Assembly: GCA_963697895.1 (NCBI GenBank)
Contig: OY969100.1
Span: forward strand, 544,001-608,000
Reading direction: 5' to 3'
From: an uncultured Methanomicrobiales archaeon
Lineage (GTDB): Archaea > Halobacteriota > Methanomicrobia > Methanomicrobiales > Methanospirillaceae
DNA length: 64,000 nt
Every line of letters begins with the position of its first letter. Position 1 is the stretch's first letter. Both the position numbers and the translations under genes were made by a program. Below the pieces are notes generated by a model, which saw only the letters and a program-made list of their open reading frames with translations, had not been told where the DNA came from and ran no database searches. Below, in pieces: positions 18,780 to 29,896 of the stretch.

Positions 18780-21476
18780 TTGTTGTATGGGGGTATGCAT
18801 GTGGCAGGCGTGACGAAGCCGGATCCCTTTGATATACCCGAGCTCCTTGCGCCAGCGGGTTCCAGCGGAGCTCTCCGTGCTGCCATTGCGGCAGGCGCCG
18901 ATGCGGTCTATCTGAGCGGAAAAAGATTCGGGGCACGAAAATACGCGGAAAATTTTGATGAAGACGCGCTCCGGGAGGCAATTTCGTACGCCCATCTCTG
19001 CGGGGTGAGGGTCTATGTAACCGTGAATACCCTGATCCATGACCGGGAACTCCCGGATCTCGCAGACTATCTGGTCTGGCTCTATGAGCGGGGTGTTGAT
19101 GCGATCCTCGTTCAGGATATCGGTGTGGCTTCGCTCGCCCGGGAGCTCGTGGCGGGGCTCCCCCTTCATGCCTCCACTCAGATGACGATCACCGATCGGG
19201 AAGGTGTGGCAATGGCCCGCCATCTTGGGTTTTCACGCGTAGTCCTGGCTCGTGAGGTCGGTCTCGGGGAGATTGTCGATATCGTGAACGCACCTGACTG
19301 TGGTCAGACAGGACTCGAGGTTTTCATTCACGGGGCACTCTGTTACTGTTATTCCGGCCAGTGTCTCCTCTCATCGGTCATCGGCGGCCGAAGCGGCAAC
19401 CGCGGTACTTGTGCGCAACCATGCCGCAAACCCTACACGCTGGATGCAGGAGGGGTGGATGCATACGGAAGGCCTGAATCTCTGTCATGCGTTCCGCTCC
19501 CGGACGCGTATCTCCTCTCGACCCGTGATCTCGCGGCGTACCCGAATCTTAAAGCAATTGCCCGAACCCGGATCGCGGCACTCAAGATCGAGGGGAGAAT
19601 GCGTTCTCCGGAATATGTCGCGGTCGTGGTATCCATCTATAGGAAAGCACTCGACGCGATTGCAGCCGGTGCCTGGTCCCCAAATGAAGACGATATGCGT
19701 GACCTCGCCCTTGCATTCAACCGCGGGTTCACGGGGGGGTATCTGTCCGGGGTCGGCCCGGGTGATGTGATGGGAAGGGATCGTCCCGATAACCGGGGCA
19801 TCTGCATCGGCACAGTGATCGCCAGTGATCCCCGCTTCCGTACCGTGTGTGTTCACCTGAGCGGGGGGATCCGTCCGGAACAGGGCGATGGATTGATGAT
19901 TGCCGATTCTGTATCCGGACGTGAAGAGGGGATGCTTCTTTCCCTGCAGCCAAGATATACCGGCGAGACGGTTGTTATTCCCGTTCAGGCGCCGATAACC
20001 CCGGGATCAAAGGTTTATCTGACCCGGAGAGAGGAGCTGGTCCGCAGGGCCCAGAAGATTGTCGGGAAAGCCCCCGGGAAAGCGTTCATCCCGGTTGATC
20101 TTTCGGTGACCATCGCGGAGGATCGTATACCTCTCCTCGAGGGATCCGTAAAAGGAAAAGATGGATCTCCTCTGACCGTCCGTTACCGATCGGACGTTCC
20201 CCTCGAACCTGCGCGCCGAGCACCTCTCACCGGCACACAGATAGAAATGCAGATGAGAAAGGCCGGGGATTCACCATTCTTCGTTCGTTCGTGTGAGATC
20301 TCATACCCGGGAGGGTTATTCGCACCGATCAGTGCTCTGAACCGGATGAGAAGACTGCTCCTCTCTGCGGTGGAAAAGGCTATCCTCGCATCCTGGAGCC
20401 CGGATCAGGAGATGGTTCGTACCTGTCGCATACGGGCCGGGGCTTTCAGAGAACGGCAGGCTTTGACGAAGTGTCTCCGGAAACAAAGCCCCAGTAGTAG
20501 CCCGGTCATCATGGTATATGTGAATGAGCTCCGCGCGGCAATGAAAGCCGTACAGGCCGGGTGTCAGATGGTCTGCTTTGAACCCCCCTCCTGCACATCA
20601 GAAGAGGGGGGAGAGAGTGCCGGCAGAGGCCGTTCCGTCTCCGATGATCTTACGGGACTGGGAGCAGTCATGGATGAGTTTGCCGGAATATGCCGCGCGT
20701 ATGGAGGAAATCCTGTCTGGAAATGGCCGCGAATCGCTCACGGTGTGTTTCTTGAGCGTGCGCTGCGTTCCGTACCCGGTATATACAATACAGGGGTAAC
20801 AGAGGTCCTGCTCGAAAATCCGTCACCGGCGGAAGCGATCCTCCAGAAAGAGCCCCGGTGTCTTCTATCAGGGGGGACCGGACTCAATATATTCAACCAC
20901 CGGTCCATTGCTGCGCTCTGTCCTCCTTTTCATCGGGTTACGCTCTCACCGGAATTGTCACAGAGGGATATCTTAGAATTAATGATAAAGATCCCGTTAC
21001 CGGGTAATCCCCCGCATATCGCGTGTTTAGTAGAAGGAAATCTGGAGGTGATGGTCAGCGAGGACAGGCTGCTTTCCCTGGTCCCGGAACCGGAAATCCC
21101 CGGGAGAAAGTATGGCTTCATTGGTCTCCGGGACGAACGAAACCGGATTTTCCCGGTCTGGACCGACAGTGGCGGCCGCACCCGGGTGTTCAATGCAGTT
21201 GAGACCTGTCTCATCGATCACCTCCCGATACTCGTCGCATCCGGTGTGGAAACGTTGGTCATCGATGCACGAAACAGGGGAGAGCAGTATGCGGGGAAAA
21301 TAACGGAAATATATAAAAATGCACTCCATATATGCGAGAATGAACCAGATCCGCCATCCTCTTCATTTTTGCCGCTCAAAAGGAAGATAAAATCTATCGC
21401 TCTGGGTGGGATCACGACAGGCAGTTTTATCAGAGGATTGAAAGAAGGAGAAATACCTCCGATATCGATCGAGTAG
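18780..21476 (+). CDS. Peptidase U32 family Fe-S protein with DUF3656 (RlhA-like RNA hydroxylase)
   Basis: PELLAPAGS, GADAVY, HASTQ, HGALCYCYSGQC...CAQPCR and LKIEGRMR motifs; second degenerate U32 domain. True start probably slightly downstream. Confidence 0.88.
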   Translation: MLYGGMHVAGVTKPDPFDIPELLAPAGSSGALRAAIAAGADAVYLSGKRFGARKYAENFDEDALREAISYAHLCGVRVYVTVNTLIHDRELPDLADYLVWLYERGVDAILVQDIGVASLARELVAGLPLHASTQMTITDREGVAMARHLGFSRVVLAREVGLGEIVDIVNAPDCGQTGLEVFIHGALCYCYSGQCLLSSVIGGRSGNRGTCAQPCRKPYTLDAGGVDAYGRPESLSCVPLPDAYLLSTRDLAAYPNLKAIARTRIAALKIEGRMRSPEYVAVVVSIYRKALDAIAAGAWSPNEDDMRDLALAFNRGFTGGYLSGVGPGDVMGRDRPDNRGICIGTVIASDPRFRTVCVHLSGGIRPEQGDGLMIADSVSGREEGMLLSLQPRYTGETVVIPVQAPITPGSKVYLTRREELVRRAQKIVGKAPGKAFIPVDLSVTIAEDRIPLLEGSVKGKDGSPLTVRYRSDVPLEPARRAPLTGTQIEMQMRKAGDSPFFVRSCEISYPGGLFAPISALNRMRRLLLSAVEKAILASWSPDQEMVRTCRIRAGAFRERQALTKCLRKQSPSSSPVIMVYVNELRAAMKAVQAGCQMVCFEPPSCTSEEGGESAGRGRSVSDDLTGLGAVMDEFAGICRAYGGNPVWKWPRIAHGVFLERALRSVPGIYNTGVTEVLLENPSPAEAILQKEPRCLLSGGTGLNIFNHRSIAALCPPFHRVTLSPELSQRDILELMIKIPLPGNPPHIACLVEGNLEVMVSEDRLLSLVPEPEIPGRKYGFIGLRDERNRIFPVWTDSGGRTRVFNAVETCLIDHLPILVASGVETLVIDARNRGEQYAGKITEIYKNALHICENEPDPPSSSFLPLKRKIKSIALGGITTGSFIRGLKEGEIPPISIE

Positions 21477-21662
21477 TTTAACGGGACATGTATTGATGAA
21501 AAACCCTGAATATTGCCCACCGGAAGATTATCACGTGGAGGTATTTCCTGTATGAACTGAGATATGGGGGTTCCCGCACCGGGTCTGGAATGCCAGGTAT
21601 CCTAAATCTCCGGGGGAACGTTCTTTTTATCGCGACCCCCATCCATGGGTAACGGAGACATC

Positions 21663-22331
21663 ATGACACCGCCATTCATCCTGATCAATCTCAAGTCCTA
21701 TCCGGAGGGGACCGGACAACGTGCTCATGCGATCGCGGACGCTGCCTTGCAGGTAGCAGAAGAGAGTGGTGCGCGGATCGGCCTCGCACCAGGCTACATG
21801 GATATTCATCCGATCAGTTTTCATTTCGAACTTCCCGTCTTCGGGCAGCATGTGGATGGAGCCGAACCGGGGGCACATACCGGGCATATTACGGCATATG
21901 CGCTGAAACAGGCCGGTGCTGCCGGTTCTCTGGTAAACCATTCCGAGAGGCGGCTTTCCCTTGCAGATGTCGATGGGGCAGTATCGGCTCTTCGTGGGGA
22001 GAAGATGACCTCTGTCGTATGTTCCAACAACGTGGCGACCAGCGCTGCGGCAGCTGCGCTCAAACCGGATTATGTAGCGATCGAACCCCCTGAGTTGATC
22101 GGAAGCGGGATCTCGGTCTCAAAGGCGAATCCGGATATCATCAGAAGTTCTGTTTCGGCGATCCGGGCAGTGAACGCGGAGGTCGGGATTCTCACCGGTG
22201 CAGGGATACAGTCCGGGGAATGTGTCAGAATCGCCAGGGATCTCGGTACAGACGGGGTGCTTCTGGCATCGAGCGTCGTCAAGGCGAAGGTACCGATCAC
22301 CGTTCTCCGGGACCTCGTATCGCTCATCTGA
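21663..22331 (+). CDS. tpiA: Triosephosphate isomerase (archaeal type)
   Basis: INLKSY, QHVD, NHSERR, AIEPPELIG, GAGI and GVLLAS motifs. Confidence 0.95.
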   Translation: MTPPFILINLKSYPEGTGQRAHAIADAALQVAEESGARIGLAPGYMDIHPISFHFELPVFGQHVDGAEPGAHTGHITAYALKQAGAAGSLVNHSERRLSLADVDGAVSALRGEKMTSVVCSNNVATSAAAAALKPDYVAIEPPELIGSGISVSKANPDIIRSSVSAIRAVNAEVGILTGAGIQSGECVRIARDLGTDGVLLASSVVKAKVPITVLRDLVSLI

Positions 22332-22887
22332 TATCGGTGATCAGGGATATCAGGTCATGCTTGGTGATCACGCCCCGCACGTGACCCCCTTCCATCACCA
22401 GCACCGCGTGGTGATGCTGCAGGATCTTTATCACGGTCTCCATCCCCATGTCTGGTGGAACGGTCGGGAACCCCGATTCCATAAAATTCTTCACCGGGAA
22501 GTGATCGCTTCGGTGCAGACCCTGTTCTTCAATGACGGTAACAATTGCCGATTCCGATATACACCCCAGGGGAAGACCATCCTCGATAACCGGGATTTGA
22601 GAGAAGTTATTCTCCTCCATGATCGAAACTGCCCGGAGAATGGAATCCTTTGGCCCAACTGAGGTGACCGGAGCGTGCATCACATCAGCTGCCGATACTC
22701 TTCGTGGTGCAGCACTATTTAACGCATGCACAATTTTGGTGAGAGTGCTGGCACGGGGATCCACGCTCCCGGCTTCAATCCGGGCAACCATCGACTGGCT
22801 GATTCCGGCCATCGTCGCGAGCTGAGCTTGTCGTATGCCGAGGACTTCCCGTCTTGCTTTCAATTCTTCCGGTGTCGGAATATGCAT
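22324..22887 (-). CDS. HTH + CBS-pair transcriptional regulator
   Basis: XRE HTH (QAQLATMAGISQSMVARIEAG) followed by two CBS domains (FSQIPV, GVITKHD). Confidence 0.9.
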   Translation of the reverse strand: MHIPTPEELKARREVLGIRQAQLATMAGISQSMVARIEAGSVDPRASTLTKIVHALNSAAPRRVSAADVMHAPVTSVGPKDSILRAVSIMEENNFSQIPVIEDGLPLGCISESAIVTVIEEQGLHRSDHFPVKNFMESGFPTVPPDMGMETVIKILQHHHAVLVMEGGHVRGVITKHDLISLITDIR

Positions 22888-22967
22888 TAGCGATTACTGG
22901 GAGTAATATTACCTGTTATCAGTTAAAAATGTGTGTAAAATGAGTAAATAACGAAAGGATATAACCG

Positions 22968-23305
22968 GAGTGGGAGGAGTAAGCCCCCTTCTGTTCGTTG
23001 CGGCATTCAGCTATGCACCATACCCGGGCGGTTACTGAGCAACCGGATTGCCCTGTTTTGGCTTGCACCCGCAGGGATTCACCGTTTCATCGATTCCTGT
23101 TCCTGCGCTCTGCGATTAGGCATGGAATGACATGCAGCTCGCCCGGTAAGGGCTCGGTCGCATCATTGCTAATAACAGGCCGTGTCGTTTCTGTGCCATT
23201 GCCGTGACTCTCGCCACCCGTACTTGCGTACGGCTGCGTGCTCAGCGGGTGGGGGGACTTTCCTCAGCGGCGTTTCCGCCACCGTCGGCCGCACTCTCCC
23301 TCTCC
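22968..23305 (-). ncRNA. rnpB: RNase P RNA (archaeal); ends approximate
   Basis: Minus strand carries CR-I GAGGAAAGUCC, ACAGAAAC and CR-V GAACAGAAGGGGGCUUA; 5' GGGAGAGU and 3' ACUCCUCCC can form P1. Confidence 0.93.
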
Positions 23306-23338
23306 ACTATTTATAGGAGAGCCGATTATTTACTCTTA

Positions 23339-23899
23339 ATGGACGTCCTCACCCCCGAAGAAGGAGTTTATGCTGTTCAATTAGCCCGCACCGTTTTGGA
23401 AAATGTGATTGGGTCATCATCCCTTCCCTGTCCGTGCCTTACCCCGATATTCGGCGAAAAGCGGGGGGTGTTTGTAACGCTTACCCGAGCCGGGAAGCTC
23501 AGGGGGTGTATTGGGTTTCCCTATCCGGTAATACCGCTCGGGGAGGCAATCAGGGAAGCAGCATTATCGGCTGCACGGGAGGATCCCCGGTTTCCGCCAG
23601 TGCAGGCACCGGAACTGGCAACAATCCGGATCGAAGTGACCATCCTGACCGTTCCCGCCCGGCTGGATGTCCCTCCCGGGCAGCGACCTTTCTCGATCAT
23701 AGTCGGACGTCATGGTCTGATCGCACGCGGGATGGGGAGGAGCGGGCTTCTTCTTCCCCAGGTCCCGGTGGAATGCTGCTGGGACAGCGTGACGTTTCTG
23801 GATCATACCTGTGTGAAGGCAGGGCTCCCAACCGGATGCTGGAGAAGAAAAGAGGTAGAGATATTCACCTTTGAGGGCCAGATCTTCCATGAAGGGTGA
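23339..23899 (+). CDS. AMMECR1-domain protein (TIGR00296)
   Basis: GVFVTL, LRGCIG, DPRFPP, GLLLPQV and CVKAGL motifs. Confidence 0.92.
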   Translation: MDVLTPEEGVYAVQLARTVLENVIGSSSLPCPCLTPIFGEKRGVFVTLTRAGKLRGCIGFPYPVIPLGEAIREAALSAAREDPRFPPVQAPELATIRIEVTILTVPARLDVPPGQRPFSIIVGRHGLIARGMGRSGLLLPQVPVECCWDSVTFLDHTCVKAGLPTGCWRRKEVEIFTFEGQIFHEG

Positions 23900-24093
23900 G
23901 CAGATTTTTGCGCCACCATTCCTGTCCGGGTGCAAACACGGGGACCTCCCGATGCGTGAAAGAAGGAGATTTGAGGGAATCAGGGGGAAATAAAAATATA
24001 TTCACCTGAAACAGTGAATGCGTCACCGGGATCGGGTGATCACCCGGCGAGATTCGATATACTCGTCCCCGGATGCTACGGAACGGGTCCATA

Positions 24094-24735
24094 ATGAAGC
24101 TCCATGCGATTTTTCTTGCCTATATCATGCAGGGGGTAATTCTTGCAATTACCATCTACAGCATCGTGATCGGTGATTATCCCGTAACGATATCCGGAAT
24201 CGTCGCCCTCTTCCTGACCATGATCCCCGCGATCGTCAAGCGGCAATGGCATATCACCGTCCCGTGGTTTGTCACATTTCTGATCGCCCTCACCCTCTTC
24301 TTTCATGTGGCCGGGTATGTCTTTGCGTGGTATCTGATATTCTATCCGTATTATGACAAGATCGCGCACTTTGTCGCATCCATCACCATTGCACTCCTCG
24401 GGTTCCTCATGGTGCTGATCCTCCATCGCTACGGAGGCATGAAGTGCTCCCGGACGATGACCATATTCTACATCATTATCTTCACCCTTGCATTAGGTGC
24501 CATCTGGGAGATCATCGAATATTTCCTCGATTTCTTCCTTCATACCGGTCTCCAGCATGGAAATGACGATACCATGATCGACCTCATCATCGATCTGCTG
24601 GGTGGCATCGTTGTTGCTGTTCTGGGGGGAAATTATCTCAAGCGAAGGGATGAAACAGAGATTGTGGACGCGATGATCGTGCCGGGACAGGAGGTGAACA
24701 TCCCTGTCATCTCCTCCAGAAAACCCAATAAATGA
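24094..24735 (+). CDS. Integral membrane protein (DUF2238-like)
   Basis: About 6 TM helices; YYDKIAHF, WEIIEY and DTMIDL motifs. Confidence 0.7.
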   Translation: MKLHAIFLAYIMQGVILAITIYSIVIGDYPVTISGIVALFLTMIPAIVKRQWHITVPWFVTFLIALTLFFHVAGYVFAWYLIFYPYYDKIAHFVASITIALLGFLMVLILHRYGGMKCSRTMTIFYIIIFTLALGAIWEIIEYFLDFFLHTGLQHGNDDTMIDLIIDLLGGIVVAVLGGNYLKRRDETEIVDAMIVPGQEVNIPVISSRKPNK

Positions 24736-24885
24736 CCAAAAAGGAGATTTCTCTGTTTGGGGGCCTATTATTGCGGTATCTGGATGGACAGCAGTTCTCA
24801 CTCGCTATCAAAAAATCATCCTTTCTTGTATGCCGTTATACAAAACCATTTGAGAGAAGAGATAATATCCTGTTCAGGAATCCGA

Positions 24886-25782
24886 ATGATTAAAAAATTC
24901 CCTAAAATTGGGTACAACCATTATTTTGCAATAATTATACTTCTGGGACTGCTGAACGTCTCCCTTGGATATATGTACTGGGAAGGAAAGACGAACCAGA
25001 TTACGACTCTTGTCGTCCAGGGCGCCCCGGGGAGGATCGTATTCATCGCCGATCCGCATCTTCGAGAGAGCAATATGAATCACATCCAGGAAAGTATTAC
25101 GCAGATTAATGAGCTTCACCCTGGACTCGTCCTTATTGGCGGGGATTTTACCTACGGGGATGATCTCGCGCTCCAGGATGTGTGGAGCGGTATCGATGCG
25201 CCGGTCTACGCAGTACTCGGTAATCACGATTACAAAACAGGGATCAGCGCAACCAGCTGCGTTCAGAAGATGCTCTCCATCAAAAAGGCAACTATCGACG
25301 CGGATCACTATAACGTGAGTTGTCTCCGGGACGACTCGGTGGATGAGGCATATGCAGATCAACTATCTGAAGTTCTGGAAAAGAATGGCGTCCATGTTTT
25401 ACGAAATGAGTATGCGGACATCCCCATTGACGGAAAGACGGTGCGGATTGTCGGGTTGGACGATGGATGGGCCGGAATGGCCGATCCCCCGCCTATACCG
25501 AAGACAGATGCCTTCACCATCTACATGATCCACGAACCGGAATGCCAGGCCAACTGGGATGCCGACCTTATCCTCTCCGGGCATACGCATGGCGGGCAGT
25601 TCATCCCGCCCGGGGCGGATCGCCTCCTGTCCGGCGGCCGGATTGAGCTCTCGGGACGCATCGACGGAAAAAACGCCACATCGTACGTCACGCGGGGTTT
25701 GAGCACTTCCAATCTCGAATTCGAGGTCCGGGCCTTTGCGTCGCCGGAGATTGTTCTCATCGAGTCACCTGACATATCATAA
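24886..25782 (+). CDS. Membrane-anchored metallophosphoesterase (YkuE-like)
   Basis: N-terminal TM helix; DPH, GGD, LGNHD, HEP and SGHTHGGQ motifs. Confidence 0.88.
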   Translation: MIKKFPKIGYNHYFAIIILLGLLNVSLGYMYWEGKTNQITTLVVQGAPGRIVFIADPHLRESNMNHIQESITQINELHPGLVLIGGDFTYGDDLALQDVWSGIDAPVYAVLGNHDYKTGISATSCVQKMLSIKKATIDADHYNVSCLRDDSVDEAYADQLSEVLEKNGVHVLRNEYADIPIDGKTVRIVGLDDGWAGMADPPPIPKTDAFTIYMIHEPECQANWDADLILSGHTHGGQFIPPGADRLLSGGRIELSGRIDGKNATSYVTRGLSTSNLEFEVRAFASPEIVLIESPDIS

Positions 25783-25936
25783 GGATACATCCGATCCGAA
25801 CATCCCCTCTTTTACCGTTTGTGATACCTGCGATAACTCCAACGAGAAACGTAATGGATAAATGGAACGTCGTTTCCGGCTGACATACCTTATTACCTCT
25901 TTAACCCCTCAATAATGCGTATATTCGGAATAGCCC

Positions 25937-27391
25937 ATGGCACTCCAGTTTGAGGTCCTCTCCAAAGACATTGCCGGCCGCATAGGCCGGTTAAAGGCCG
26001 GTAAAAGGACGCTTCGTACTCCGGCACTTCTCCCGGTCGTTAATCCCCATCTCCTGGTGATCAGCCCGGCAGAGATGAACGCCCTCGGGGCAGAGGGGAT
26101 CATCACGAATGCATATATCCTGAACAGGAGCCGGGAATTTCGTGAAGCGGCCCTGAAAGAGGGACTTCATGCCATCCTTGGGTTCGACGGAATTATCATG
26201 ACCGATTCCGGATCGTTTCAGTTATCCGTCTACGGGGATGTGAAGATCACGAACCGCGAGACGCTGGAGTTTCAGCGTGCAATCGGAAGCGACATCGTTG
26301 TCCCGCTCGACATCCCCACGCCGCCGGATGCCGACCGGGAGAGGGCATCGTGCGAGCTTGGTATTACCGAGAGCAGGCTCGAGGAAGCGCGCGAACTGTT
26401 CGGGGATGATTCCCCGGTAGCCGGGCCGGTGCAGGGAGGACTGTTCGAGGATCTTCGGGAGTCGGCCGGCCGGAGAGTCGGGGAACTCGGTTTCGCCTTC
26501 TGTCCGATTGGAGCAGTCGTTCCACTCATGGAATCCTACCGGTATGCAGACCTGGTGCGGGTGTTGCTTGCGGCAAAGAGGGGGATCCCCCGTTCCGCCT
26601 GCGTGCACCTCTTCGGTGCCGGGCATCCGTCCATGTTCGCCCTTGCCGTCGCAATGGGGTGCGATGTCTTCGATTCTGCCGCATATGCACTGTACGCGAA
26701 AGAAGGACGATACCTCACGCCGGCAGGCAGCTATAAACTCGCAGAACTCACCGAGCTCCCCTGTGCCTGCCATGTCTGCCGGAGTCACACTCCGGGTGAT
26801 ATCATCGCCTCGAAGGAGAAAGAAAGGCTCCTTGCCCTGCATAACCTTTCGGTGAGTTTTGCCGAGATTGCCCGGATCAGGCAGGCGATCACCGATGGCG
26901 TTCTCTGGGAACTCGTCGATGAACGGTGCCGGAATCACCCCCAGCTCCTTCGCGGTTACCGTGAACTGATGAAGCACAGCCGTGAGCTTGAGCCTTTAGA
27001 CAGGGTCTCCAAACGCCGTTTTTTTTATCGGGGGACAGAGAGCTGCCAGCGTACGGAAGTTATCCGGTATCAGATGCTGCTCGAAAGGATTCCGGTGCAT
27101 GGACGCGTGCTGATTGCCATAGATGGGCGGATACGGGAGGGATTTGATACGATCCTCCTGTTCAAGCCCCCCTTCGGCCCCTATCTTCCGGAGTTGAAAG
27201 AAACGTTCCCTATTGGGCAGAGCGAAATTCCGGACTGGGATGAGGAGATGGTCAGACAGGGATGCACCGGGATCCGGAAAGTGATCGACTCCAATCCGGA
27301 TTGCACCTTCACCGTATTCTGCACGGGTCCGTGGAGATCCGTCATCACCCGGGAACTTGACAGGACGGAGGTATGTTGTGACGACGTTTGA
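25937..27391 (+). CDS. tgtA: Archaeal tRNA-guanine(15) transglycosylase
   Basis: [24 protein letters not shown] and FDSAAY motifs; Zn site CACHVC...H. Confidence 0.95.
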   Translation: MALQFEVLSKDIAGRIGRLKAGKRTLRTPALLPVVNPHLLVISPAEMNALGAEGIITNAYILNRSREFREAALKEGLHAILGFDGIIMTDSGSFQLSVYGDVKITNRETLEFQRAIGSDIVVPLDIPTPPDADRERASCELGITESRLEEARELFGDDSPVAGPVQGGLFEDLRESAGRRVGELGFAFCPIGAVVPLMESYRYADLVRVLLAAKRGIPRSACVHLFGAGHPSMFALAVAMGCDVFDSAAYALYAKEGRYLTPAGSYKLAELTELPCACHVCRSHTPGDIIASKEKERLLALHNLSVSFAEIARIRQAITDGVLWELVDERCRNHPQLLRGYRELMKHSRELEPLDRVSKRRFFYRGTESCQRTEVIRYQMLLERIPVHGRVLIAIDGRIREGFDTILLFKPPFGPYLPELKETFPIGQSEIPDWDEEMVRQGCTGIRKVIDSNPDCTFTVFCTGPWRSVITRELDRTEVCCDDV

Positions 27392-29021
27392 AGTGAAGAA
27401 ACGTGATGGACTGGCACGGAAATCGGTATTCATTCATGGGGATATACACCTCTCCCTCCCCGCCGCGTGTGATCCGACCGCCCTGTTCCCATCGATGAAA
27501 CTCGTTCATTTAACCAATGTGCCGCTCTCCGCTCCTCCCGCATTCGTGAAGGAATATTTCGACCCGGGCGAGGGACAACCGGTTCCGGTTCACCCATCAC
27601 AGGAATGTATTACGGGAGTCTCCGGTGACTGCGTGATGATCGCAAACTGGCATACCGCGCTCTCGAACCCCCGGAATTTCGCACACTGGATCTGTTCGCT
27701 CAAAGAAAAAATTCCACCGGACACTGCATGGTACGCCCCGGCGTCCGCCCTGCCGTCCAATGCACATATCCTCTGTTACGCGGGGTTCGATCTCTTCGAT
27801 TTCTCGGCGGTGGACCTGAAGACCGCACAGGATACGTTCTGCCTGCCCGAAGGAGAATTCCCCGGTTCGATCCTGGGATCCGGAATCTGCGGATGTGAAG
27901 GGTGCAGAAAGGGGGACCTCTCACAGCATAATCGCCATTCGCTCTCGACCGAGTTGTCGCTCATCACGCAGTTCATCGAATCCCAGCAGATGCGGGAGTT
28001 CGTGGAATCCCGGTGCCGGATGAATGCATACCATGTCGCAATTCTGCGGCATCTTGACAACCAGCGCACCCTTATGGAGATGGCTATCCCGGTTGCACGG
28101 AACGTGCGCCTGGGGGCGATGTCGGGTGATGCATTGAACCGGGCCGAGATCCGGAGGTTCGCGGACCGGGTTGTCCGGCGATACATTCCTCCTCCTGCCG
28201 ATACGATCGTCCTATTGCCCTGTTCCTGGAAAAAACCCTACGCACTTTCCCAAAGCCATCGGAAATTAATACAGGCGGTGGCGGGGCGAGCGCTCGAGGT
28301 TATCGTCACCTCCCCCCTCGGTGTCGTTCCCCGTGAACTCGAACGCTGTTACCCTGCCGCTCACTATGATATTCCGGTCACCGGTCACTGGGACCGGGAG
28401 GAAAAGGCGTTCACCGCGAGGATACTTCGCGAATTTCTGGAGCGCCACTCATTCAGGCGCGTTATAGCACACCTTGAGGGAGGAGCAATGGATTCGGCGA
28501 TGATGGCGGCGGATGAGCTGGGGATCGATCCGGATCTTACCTGCATCGGGCACCCCACCTCCGCGGCTTCCCTTGCCGCTCTGGAAGCGGCCTGTGCGGG
28601 GGAAAGGATGGTTAAACAGGATCCTGTCCGGGGTATCGGTTCCTGGCAGTTTGGCGTACCGATCGATACCAGGGGAATTCAGATGCGTGGCCGGTACCCC
28701 GCCCTGTTCGCAACGAAGGGGAAAACACAGTTATTTTCCCTTGATACGGGTACGGGGCTGCTGCGCCCGACATTTGACGGGTGGAGCCTTGTAAAAGGAG
28801 TGTACCGGGTGGAGATCGAAGATTTTGTCCCCCGCGGGGATGTACTGGCCCCCGGGGTTTCGGGGGTAGACCCGCAGATCCGGGAAGGAGATGAAGTGCT
28901 GGTGGAAGGACCGTCTGCATTCGCAACCGGAAGATCCTCGATGAGCGCCGTCGAGATGCACGGATCGAGACGGGGGGTCGCGGTCCGTGTGCGCACGATA
29001 AAGAAGATTGAACATCAATAA
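27378..29021 (+). CDS. arcS: Archaeosine synthase alpha subunit with PUA domain
   Basis: Degenerate TGT domain; [21 protein letters not shown] and YDIPVTGHW motifs; C-terminal PUA; adjacent to tgtA. Confidence 0.92.
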   Translation: MTTFEVKKRDGLARKSVFIHGDIHLSLPAACDPTALFPSMKLVHLTNVPLSAPPAFVKEYFDPGEGQPVPVHPSQECITGVSGDCVMIANWHTALSNPRNFAHWICSLKEKIPPDTAWYAPASALPSNAHILCYAGFDLFDFSAVDLKTAQDTFCLPEGEFPGSILGSGICGCEGCRKGDLSQHNRHSLSTELSLITQFIESQQMREFVESRCRMNAYHVAILRHLDNQRTLMEMAIPVARNVRLGAMSGDALNRAEIRRFADRVVRRYIPPPADTIVLLPCSWKKPYALSQSHRKLIQAVAGRALEVIVTSPLGVVPRELERCYPAAHYDIPVTGHWDREEKAFTARILREFLERHSFRRVIAHLEGGAMDSAMMAADELGIDPDLTCIGHPTSAASLAALEAACAGERMVKQDPVRGIGSWQFGVPIDTRGIQMRGRYPALFATKGKTQLFSLDTGTGLLRPTFDGWSLVKGVYRVEIEDFVPRGDVLAPGVSGVDPQIREGDEVLVEGPSAFATGRSSMSAVEMHGSRRGVAVRVRTIKKIEHQ

Positions 29022-29047
29022 AATGAAAATTCTGTGCACATAGAGGA

Positions 29048-29896
29048 GTGAAGTTTCTGTACCGGGTTCTGCAGGCGGATAAACTGGCCGATCGGGTCTA
29101 TCAACAATGGATAAGGGCTCCGCACGTCGCCTGTCATGCACAGGCGGGACAATTTCTGATCCTCCGCATCGATGAGCGCGGTGAGCGGATCCCCCTAACC
29201 ATATCGGCGGTAAAAGGCGATGATCTCCGCATCATTTTCATGTCTGTCGGCAAGACCACGCATCAGCTCGCGCTCCTCGGCCCCGGGGATACCCTCTGCG
29301 ATATCGCAGGACCGCTCGGCAGGCCCAGTGAGATCCCGGAAAAAAGCACCTGTGTGGTTGTCGGCGGAGGTGTAGGGATCGCCAGTACCCCGATCATCGC
29401 GCGGGCCGCAAAGGCGGCGGGGAATTACGTTATCGGGATGATCGGCGCGAGAAACTCCGGGTTGCTCATACTGGAAGAGGAGATGCGGGAGATCTGTGAC
29501 GAACTGTATATCGCCACCGATGACGGGAGCAAGGGGACGCATGGATTTGTAAGCGATCTTTTAAAATCCGAGATCGGCCGGAGGACCATCGACTGCGTCT
29601 GGGTTATCGGCCCGGCGATGATGATGAAGGTCACGTCCGGCGTTACAAAACCTCTCGGGATCAGGACGTACGTGAGCCTGAATCCGATCATGGTCGACGG
29701 TACGGGGATGTGCGGGTCCTGCCGCGTCCGGGTGGGGGGAAGAACCCGGTTTGCCTGCGTCGACGGTCCCGAATTTGATGCACATCAGGTGGATTTTGAT
29801 ACTCTCATGCACCGGCAGCGGGCCTACCTGGATGAAGAACGGGATTCGCTCGAACGGTTTCATGAAGGATCCTGTGGCTGCAGGGAGGGCAGATGA
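29048..29896 (+). CDS. NfnA/SudB-like FAD/[2Fe-2S] subunit
   Basis: GERIPLT, GPLG, GGGVG and MVDGTGMCGSCR...CVDGPEF motifs. Confidence 0.9.
   Translation: MKFLYRVLQADKLADRVYQQWIRAPHVACHAQAGQFLILRIDERGERIPLTISAVKGDDLRIIFMSVGKTTHQLALLGPGDTLCDIAGPLGRPSEIPEKSTCVVVGGGVGIASTPIIARAAKAAGNYVIGMIGARNSGLLILEEEMREICDELYIATDDGSKGTHGFVSDLLKSEIGRRTIDCVWVIGPAMMMKVTSGVTKPLGIRTYVSLNPIMVDGTGMCGSCRVRVGGRTRFACVDGPEFDAHQVDFDTLMHRQRAYLDEERDSLERFHEGSCGCREGR

Noticed and set aside
23204-23338. N-terminal extension of the AMMECR1 ORF, and ORF 22998-23207
   Set aside because: Both are antisense to the RNase P RNA; the real start is the ATG at 23339.
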